11,259 bases of DNA from Elusimicrobiota bacterium (lineage in GTDB: Bacteria; Elusimicrobiota; Elusimicrobia; F11): the NCBI GenBank assembly GCA_046153645.1, contig JBJXGI010000003.1, positions 1-11,259 on the forward strand. The letters run 5' to 3'. The notes beneath the pieces were generated by a model. It ran no database searches and was not told the DNA's origin. It was given only the letters and a program-made list of their open reading frames with translations. The translations under genes and the position numbers were made by a program. Every line of letters begins with the position of its first letter. The stretch's first letter is position 1. This document shows, piece after piece, positions 5,557 to 11,259 of this stretch.

Positions 5557-6737
5557 AAAAAGTTACTCTTTATTCAGGATTATTACTTTTGGGTTTATTT
5601 GGATCTCAATTCCTGCCGATGGTTTTTCCGGAAAGTTTCTCAAAACTATCCAGTTTGATTAAAGTCATGACAATGTTTTGTTTGGCTTTTATCATGATTC
5701 ATGTGGGTTTGGAATTTGAAATTGACAAATCAAATGTTAGACAATATGGATGGGATTATTTCGTGGCGGCTACTGCTGCGGCGTTTCCGTGGATATTGTG
5801 CGCAATATATTTTATTTTTGTAATGACGCCTTCAGAAGGTTGGTTCGATTTTGATGCTTGGAAACAATCACTTTTGGTATCACGTTTCTCCGCGCCAACC
5901 TCAGCAGGTGTTCTTTTCTCGATGCTGGCCGCGGCCGGTTTGGCTTCTACGTGGGTGTTTAAAAAAGCGCGAATTCTCGCTATTTTTGATGATCTCGATA
6001 CAATTCTATTAATGATCCCGCTTAAAATATTAATGGTAGGGCTCAAATGGCAATTGGGACTTATTGTTATTTTCATTTTCATTCTTTTATACATTGCTTG
6101 GAAATATTTACATGTGTTTAAACTTCCGACTTCTTGGAAATGGATATTGATTTATTCAGGAGTTATTACTTTTATTTGTGAGATCATCTATATTGCAAGC
6201 AAAATGGTAGATGAACTTGTGCCCATTCATTTGGAGGTTCTTTTGCCTGCTTTTGTTATGGGGTGTGTTTTGGCCCACGGACCGAACCCCCATGATTCAA
6301 AAATCGAAGAAAAAATTTCTAATGGAATGACGGGTTTGTTTATGGTTCTGGTCGGTCTGGCGATGCCTCTAATTGCTACCGGAACAACAACTTCATTGCC
6401 CACCACAGCTCTTGTCGCCATTGGCGGTTCATGGCCCGGATGGCCGACCATCATTATGCATGTTCTTGTTATTACGCTTATTTCCAATATTGGAAAAATG
6501 TTTAGCCTTCTTTGTTACCGAAAAGAAGTTTCTTTAAAAGAACGACTTGCTTTGTCGATTGCGATGTTTCCTCGTGGTGAAGTAGGAGCAGGGGTATTGG
6601 TTGTTTCATTGTCTTATGGAATTGGGGGGCCTGCTGTAACGGTAGCGCTTCTTTCATTGGCACTTAATTTGGTGATGACGGGAATGTTTATTGCGGTAGT
6701 TAAAAAGCTTATTTCTCAAAGGCACTATCAAAATTAA
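5553..6737 (+). CDS. Sodium:proton antiporter (CPA2/Na_H_Exchanger-like)
   Basis: Polytopic membrane protein with VGLEFEI, SAPTSAGV, ILAIFDDLD, FMVLVGL, NIGK and AMFPRGEVG. ATGA overlap with the upstream antiporter indicates translational coupling. Confidence 0.82.
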   Translation: MKKVTLYSGLLLLGLFGSQFLPMVFPESFSKLSSLIKVMTMFCLAFIMIHVGLEFEIDKSNVRQYGWDYFVAATAAAFPWILCAIYFIFVMTPSEGWFDFDAWKQSLLVSRFSAPTSAGVLFSMLAAAGLASTWVFKKARILAIFDDLDTILLMIPLKILMVGLKWQLGLIVIFIFILLYIAWKYLHVFKLPTSWKWILIYSGVITFICEIIYIASKMVDELVPIHLEVLLPAFVMGCVLAHGPNPHDSKIEEKISNGMTGLFMVLVGLAMPLIATGTTTSLPTTALVAIGGSWPGWPTIIMHVLVITLISNIGKMFSLLCYRKEVSLKERLALSIAMFPRGEVGAGVLVVSLSYGIGGPAVTVALLSLALNLVMTGMFIAVVKKLISQRHYQN

Positions 6738-6760
6738 TAGAGATAATTCGCGTTTGAATT

Positions 6761-7666
6761 TCAATGTTCTGCTTTTTCGAGTTTTAAGTGCTTGGCTTTG
6801 TTATCAAACCGCGCGATGAAGGTGCATTTTTGACAAAGGTCATCAATGAGAATTCCTTTTTGGAAACCCTCATGAATCGATTGTGCCCGAGGGCTTTGGA
6901 TGAGATCAAGAATATTTTGAGAACCACAATTTCCTAAATTTATAACCCCTTCTTTATCTAAACAACAAGGAACAACAGTGCCATCGGCCAATATTCCAAT
7001 GTGGGATGAAAGTCCGTGACAAAATCCTTTTGTGCTTCTGACAGGATGGTGAGGGTTCGGCCATTCGAAGCGACTGTCGAAATGCAAATAAACTCTTCCT
7101 TTTATTTTTACATTCTTTTTCCATTTAATATTGATTTCATTTTCAAAATTGATTTTAAGTCCATTTTTAATTTTTTCAATTGTTTTCATGTTGGAATCTT
7201 GAAACCCTGGTGCGCCGTGATTCCAGAGGCGATAGTTAATATACAAGTCGGGGCGCTTTTCAAGGGCTTGTTCAGTAAAGTTAAAAATATTTTGAAGATA
7301 ATTTGAATTATCTTTTTCTGGAAAATTGGATTCAAAGCTTTGAAGAGAAAAATTAATTTGTTTAATTGTTGGGTTTAAAAGGGTTTTGTATCGGTCTTCC
7401 TTTAGTAAGATCCCATTGGTTGTTAGATTAATAGGAACTTTTGAAAGATGACAAAATTCTACATAGGGTTCAAATTCAGGATGAAGGAGGGGTTCTCCCA
7501 TGAGATGGAAGCAAACTTCTTCGGTGAGTGGAGCCACTGCCGTAATTACCTTTCTAAAAAGTTCTGGTTCCATAAACTTCTTATCGCGAATGACTTCAGG
7601 GCAGAAGCTACATTGAAGATTGCAAACGTTACTGATTTCGATATAAACTTTTTTAAAACGTTTCAT
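6761..7666 (-). CDS. Radical SAM protein with C-terminal SPASM/twitch-like domain
   Basis: YIEISNVCNLQCSFCP (CxxxCxxC), MGEPLLHP, LTTNG; C-terminal FCHGL, DGTVVPCCLD, LGN, LCQKC. Confidence 0.92.
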   Translation of the reverse strand: MKRFKKVYIEISNVCNLQCSFCPEVIRDKKFMEPELFRKVITAVAPLTEEVCFHLMGEPLLHPEFEPYVEFCHLSKVPINLTTNGILLKEDRYKTLLNPTIKQINFSLQSFESNFPEKDNSNYLQNIFNFTEQALEKRPDLYINYRLWNHGAPGFQDSNMKTIEKIKNGLKINFENEINIKWKKNVKIKGRVYLHFDSRFEWPNPHHPVRSTKGFCHGLSSHIGILADGTVVPCCLDKEGVINLGNCGSQNILDLIQSPRAQSIHEGFQKGILIDDLCQKCTFIARFDNKAKHLKLEKAEH

Positions 7667-7701
7667 TTGAATTTATTGAATCTTCTTAAGAAAAAACTGA
7701 T

Positions 7702-7730
7702 TTGCAAATATCACCTCTAACTTGTTTAAT
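7702..7730 (+). promoter_or_regulatory. Probable sigma70 promoter of recQ
   Basis: TTGCAA (7702-7707), 17-nt spacer, TTTAAT (7725-7730). The -35 sits inside the perfect palindrome ATTTGCAAAT (7700-7709). Confidence 0.5.
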
Positions 7731-7781
7731 AGGCTTGATATTATCACTTCTCCACGGTCTTTCCCTTCTAAAGGATGCGTT

Positions 7782-9590
7782 ATGTTTGATTTGCCTCATT
7801 TGTTATCTCAGTTAAAAAAATATTTTGGGTACACTTCTTTTCGTCCTTTTCAAGAAGAGATTATTCAGGCTGTTTTTGAAAAGCGCGATATTATTGCGCT
7901 TCTTCCAACAGGAGGGGGGAAGTCGCTCTGTTTTCAATTGCCCGCGCTTATGCAAGAAGGTCTCACTTTGGTTATTTCTCCTCTTATTTCGCTCATGAAA
8001 GATCAGGTTGATGCGCTACAAAGCAATGGGCTTCCTGCCACTTTTTTAAATTCGTCGCTTAACGATGACGAGTTATTCAAAAGAATTCAAGAAATAAGCG
8101 CGTCTCAATATAAATTGGTTTATTTGGCTCCAGAACGGTTGATGATGCCTGAGTTTCTGGGAAGAATAAAAAAATGGAATATTTCACTTTTGGTTATTGA
8201 TGAAGCCCATTGTATCAGCGAATGGGGGCACGACTTTAGGCCGGAATATCGGAAATTACCACAACTCAGAGAATATTTGCCTCAAGTTCCCTTTTTGGCT
8301 TTAACAGCCACCGCAACCCCTCGGGTACGCACCGATATAGAAACACATCTTCAATTAAAAAATGCCAAGGTCGTGGTCGCCAGTTTTAATCGGCCTAATT
8401 TATCTTATACCGTCCTTCATAAATCTAAACCAAATGAACAGTTGTTGGCCTACATGAAAGCCCATCCCAATGACAGTGGTATTGTTTACTGTCAAAGCCG
8501 AGCGACAACAGAACAATTGGCTACCTATTTATTGGAAAATGGCATGAAGGCCCTTCCCTATCACGCAGGTTTAAACCCTGATATTCGAGCGAAAAATCAG
8601 GAATTATTTTTGCGTGATGAAATACCTGTTATTTGCGCCACCATCGCTTTTGGTATGGGAATTAATAAGTCCAATGTTCGGTATGTGATTCATTTTGATT
8701 TACCTAAAAATATTGAGGGTTATTATCAAGAAACAGGAAGAGCGGGGCGTGATGGCCTACCGAGTGAATGTGTGATGTTTTTTCAAGTGGGGGATGCCGC
8801 CAAACAACGCCGGTTTATTAATCAGAAAGAAAATGAAGTTGAACGGTCGCATGCTCTTCATCAATTAAATGACATGGTTTCTTATGCTGAGGCCGCTGAT
8901 TGTCGCCGGCAGAGATTATTAATTTATTTTGGTGAAAATTGGCCGGAAGAAAATTGTAAAAGTTGTGATAATTGTCTTTCCCCTCGTGAAAAAACAGACG
9001 GCATTTTATTAGCTCAGAAATTTTTATCTTGTGTTTACCGGGTGCATCAAAAAAGTGGTTTTGGTGTTGGGTTACTTTCAATCGTGCAAATTTTGAGAGG
9101 GAAAACTTCGCCCATTGTTGAAAAGTGGGGATACGACTCTCTTTCTACCTTTGGAATTGGAAAAGATTTAAGCCGACGTCAATGGACTGAGATTGGGAGA
9201 GAACTTATTCGTTTGAAATTAATAGAGCAAACGCCTGATCAATTTTCTGTTTTAAAGTTAACAGCTCGAGGTTGGGAGGCGCTGACAAAAAAAGAGCCTA
9301 TTTTCCTCACCAAGCGTCCCTCTTCACATGTGAAAGAAAAAGAACCCGCCAAATTGGCTTCATCATCAGTGGGTTTTGTTGACACTGGTTTGTTTGAGCG
9401 TTTACGTAAATTAAGGAAAAAATTAGCAGATGAAAAGCAGGTTCCTGCCTATGTTATTTTTTCAGATGCCACTTTAAAACAAATGGCTTCTCTAAAACCA
9501 AAAAACAAATCTGAATTCTCACGCATTAATGGGGTTGGGGAAAAGAAATTAGGAGAATGGGCAGACATTTTTTTAGCGGAAATAAGATAG
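7782..9590 (+). CDS. recQ: ATP-dependent DNA helicase RecQ
   Basis: FGYTSFRPFQ, PTGGGKS, SPLISLMKDQV, DEAHCISEWGHDFRPEY, ATIAFGMGINK, QETGRAGRDG, Zn module CRR...CKSCDNC, RQC, and HRDC LRKLRKKLADEKQVPAYVIFSD. ATG7782 (AAGGA upstream) is preferred to TTG7722, which overlaps the predicted promoter. Confidence 0.97.
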   Translation: MFDLPHLLSQLKKYFGYTSFRPFQEEIIQAVFEKRDIIALLPTGGGKSLCFQLPALMQEGLTLVISPLISLMKDQVDALQSNGLPATFLNSSLNDDELFKRIQEISASQYKLVYLAPERLMMPEFLGRIKKWNISLLVIDEAHCISEWGHDFRPEYRKLPQLREYLPQVPFLALTATATPRVRTDIETHLQLKNAKVVVASFNRPNLSYTVLHKSKPNEQLLAYMKAHPNDSGIVYCQSRATTEQLATYLLENGMKALPYHAGLNPDIRAKNQELFLRDEIPVICATIAFGMGINKSNVRYVIHFDLPKNIEGYYQETGRAGRDGLPSECVMFFQVGDAAKQRRFINQKENEVERSHALHQLNDMVSYAEAADCRRQRLLIYFGENWPEENCKSCDNCLSPREKTDGILLAQKFLSCVYRVHQKSGFGVGLLSIVQILRGKTSPIVEKWGYDSLSTFGIGKDLSRRQWTEIGRELIRLKLIEQTPDQFSVLKLTARGWEALTKKEPIFLTKRPSSHVKEKEPAKLASSSVGFVDTGLFERLRKLRKKLADEKQVPAYVIFSDATLKQMASLKPKNKSEFSRINGVGEKKLGEWADIFLAEIR

Positions 9591-9613
9591 ATTTCTCCTA
9601 AAAAGAAAAAAGA

Positions 9614-10840
9614 TTATTTTTCTTTTAGAATTGATAGTGCTTGTCCGGCTATCCAACCTGTTGTCCAGGCGTTTTGAAAATTAAATCCGCCAGTTACGGC
9701 ATCTATATCTAGAATTTCTCCAGCAAAATAAAGTCCGGGGCAGCGGCGACTTTCCATGGTTTTAAAATTAACTTCATCTAGTCTTACGCCACCACAAGTA
9801 ACGAATTCTTCCTTAAATGAGTTTTGTCCTGTTACTTTGTAGATAGCATTGGTGAGTTGGTCTATTATTTTTAACATTTGTTCTCGAGATAGGTTAGCCC
9901 ATGTTTGAGATTCTAAAATACCTGCAGAGAATAATATTCTCTCCCACAGTCGGCGAGGCATTTCAAATAGAGGTGCCGAGAATAAAAACTTTCGTGCCAA
10001 TTCTTCTTTTAGTTCGCGTAGTTTTTGTTCGACTTTTTCTGGCTTCTCATTTACCCAATTAATTTTAATTTGAGTTTGATATTTTTTTTCATGAAAGGCG
10101 CGAGCGCCCCAGGCAGAAAGTTTAAGTATCGCAGGACCACTTAAGCCTTGGTGTGTAATAAGTAGGGGGCCTGTTTGTTTAATTTTAGTTCCAATTAAAG
10201 TGACTTCGGCATTTGGCATAGATATTCCTTCAAGGCCGCGTAATCTTGTGTCTGGAACAAGAAATGTGAATAAAGAGGGAACCGGTGATTCAATGGTGTG
10301 CCCTAATTTGGCTGCCCACTGAAAGCCTCGTCGGCCACTGCCAGTGGCCAGCAAAACTTTACTGGCGGAAATCGCTTCGTTGTTTTCAATGAGAACTGTA
10401 AATTTATCGTCATTAAAAATTAAATCTGTTATATTTACATTTGTTCGAATGCAAACACCCGCACTTCGAGCGGCATTTTCAAGCGCATCAATAATTGTTT
10501 GAGATGTGTTGCTGAGAGGAAACATTCTTCCATCAGGTTCAGTTTTAAGTGGGACCCCGCGTTGTTCAAACCAATGAACGGTGTCCTTCGGTTGAAAATG
10601 ATGAAAAGGGCCTAAGAGTTCTTTTCCGCCACGCGGATAAAAACCAGTCAAAGTTTTTGGATCAAAGCATGAGTGAGTGAGATTGCATCGCCCTCCACCT
10701 GAAATTTTAACTTTGGCTAATACTTGTCGACCTTGTTCAAGAAGAATAACAGAGCATTGCGGTTTTTTTTCGGCACAGGCAATAGCAGCAAAAAAGCCAG
10801 CGGCACCACCGCCGATAATGACAATCGGGTGTGAAGTCAT
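9614..10840 (-). CDS. NAD(P)/FAD-dependent oxidoreductase, HI0933/YhiN/BaiN family
   Basis: IIGGGAAG, KVKISGGGRCN, GRMFP, THQGLSGPAIL, FVTCGGV, GLYFAGEILDIDAVTGGFNFQNAWTTG. The start is uncertain (ATG10840 or TTG10864). Confidence 0.93.
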   Translation of the reverse strand: MTSHPIVIIGGGAAGFFAAIACAEKKPQCSVILLEQGRQVLAKVKISGGGRCNLTHSCFDPKTLTGFYPRGGKELLGPFHHFQPKDTVHWFEQRGVPLKTEPDGRMFPLSNTSQTIIDALENAARSAGVCIRTNVNITDLIFNDDKFTVLIENNEAISASKVLLATGSGRRGFQWAAKLGHTIESPVPSLFTFLVPDTRLRGLEGISMPNAEVTLIGTKIKQTGPLLITHQGLSGPAILKLSAWGARAFHEKKYQTQIKINWVNEKPEKVEQKLRELKEELARKFLFSAPLFEMPRRLWERILFSAGILESQTWANLSREQMLKIIDQLTNAIYKVTGQNSFKEEFVTCGGVRLDEVNFKTMESRRCPGLYFAGEILDIDAVTGGFNFQNAWTTGWIAGQALSILKEK

Positions 10841-11107
10841 AATGGGACTTTTACATTCCACCAATGATGACCGTTTTTTGATGTTCCTTCATAAGGTCCT
10901 CTTTTTAATTAATTTTATATGTTTGTTCTAGATTAGAATATTGATTTAACCTTTAGTGGGACATGATTCGTCTCATATGAATAATAAAACACATCGTAAA
11001 ATTAGATCGAATGTTAAATTCTTTGTAACAATTATGTTTACAAGAAATCAGGGAAATTTAACCTCGATTTAAAAAAAACTTCATCTATCCTTATTATTAT
11101 TCCTGTT

Positions 11108-11259
11108 ATGATAAACAATCGTTTATTGATTCGATTTTTCTCTCTTTTTTTGTGTGCCATTTATGTGGCAACCAGCTGTCTTTTTGCGCATTTGCCCACC
11201 ACGGCTCAAGCAAAGGAAAAAACAATCTGGGAAGAAAGAAAAAAAACAACCAAAAAAAA
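11108..11259 (+). CDS. 5' end of a secreted or membrane-anchored protein, truncated by the window edge
   Basis: MINNRLLIRFFSLFLCAIYVATSCLFAHLPTTAQAKEKTIWEERKKTTKK: basic N-region, hydrophobic core, possible cleavage after LFA or AQA, and no stop before the edge. Confidence 0.7.
   Translation, partial: MINNRLLIRFFSLFLCAIYVATSCLFAHLPTTAQAKEKTIWEERKKTTKK

Noticed and set aside
5049..7720. ORFs 5049-5288, 5756-6094, 6227-6487, 7016-7306 and 7448-7720
   Set aside because: Antisense to the antiporter or radical SAM genes, with no independent evidence.
7722..7781. N-terminal extension of RecQ from TTG7722
   Set aside because: It overlaps the predicted -10 box and has no SD. RecQ similarity begins after ATG7782.
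8818..10931. ORFs 8818-9081 (-) and 10677-10931 (+)
   Set aside because: Antisense shadows of recQ and the flavoprotein gene.
11238..11259. A-runs at the window end as a slippage tract or poly(A) tail
   Set aside because: They are consistent with Lys/Thr codons in an open frame and are cut by the window edge.
1..11259. CRISPR array, rRNA/tRNA, IS transposase, integron attC or reverse transcriptase
   Set aside because: No spaced repeat array, RNA gene signature, DDE or RT motif, or RYYYAAC...GTTRRRY cassette pattern was found by eye.

Overview
Bacterial chromosomal window in two parts. Left (1-~1935): an accessory, visibly more GC-rich segment that looks like a decayed integrative element. 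It holds the first codons of a minus-strand gene, a 14-8-14 inverted repeat with phased direct repeats (att-like or operator-like), an unannotated C-terminal remnant of a tyrosine recombinase (GNS-ATMTTQIYAH), and a near-consensus sigma70 promoter that probably gives a leaderless mRNA for an excisionase-type HTH protein coupled to a YhcG/DUF1016 PD-(D/E)XK nuclease. A 129-nt multi-hairpin element closed by inverted repeats follows. Right (1936-11259): AT-richer genes, namely an NhaR-like LysR regulator plus MATE transporter divergent from a YrbG-type Ca2+/Na+ antiporter plus a CPA2-type Na+/H+ antiporter, a radical SAM/SPASM-like enzyme, recQ, an HI0933/BaiN-family flavoprotein and the start of a secreted protein. 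No rRNA, tRNA, CRISPR array or transposase was seen. All family calls come from motif recognition by eye; no database search was run.
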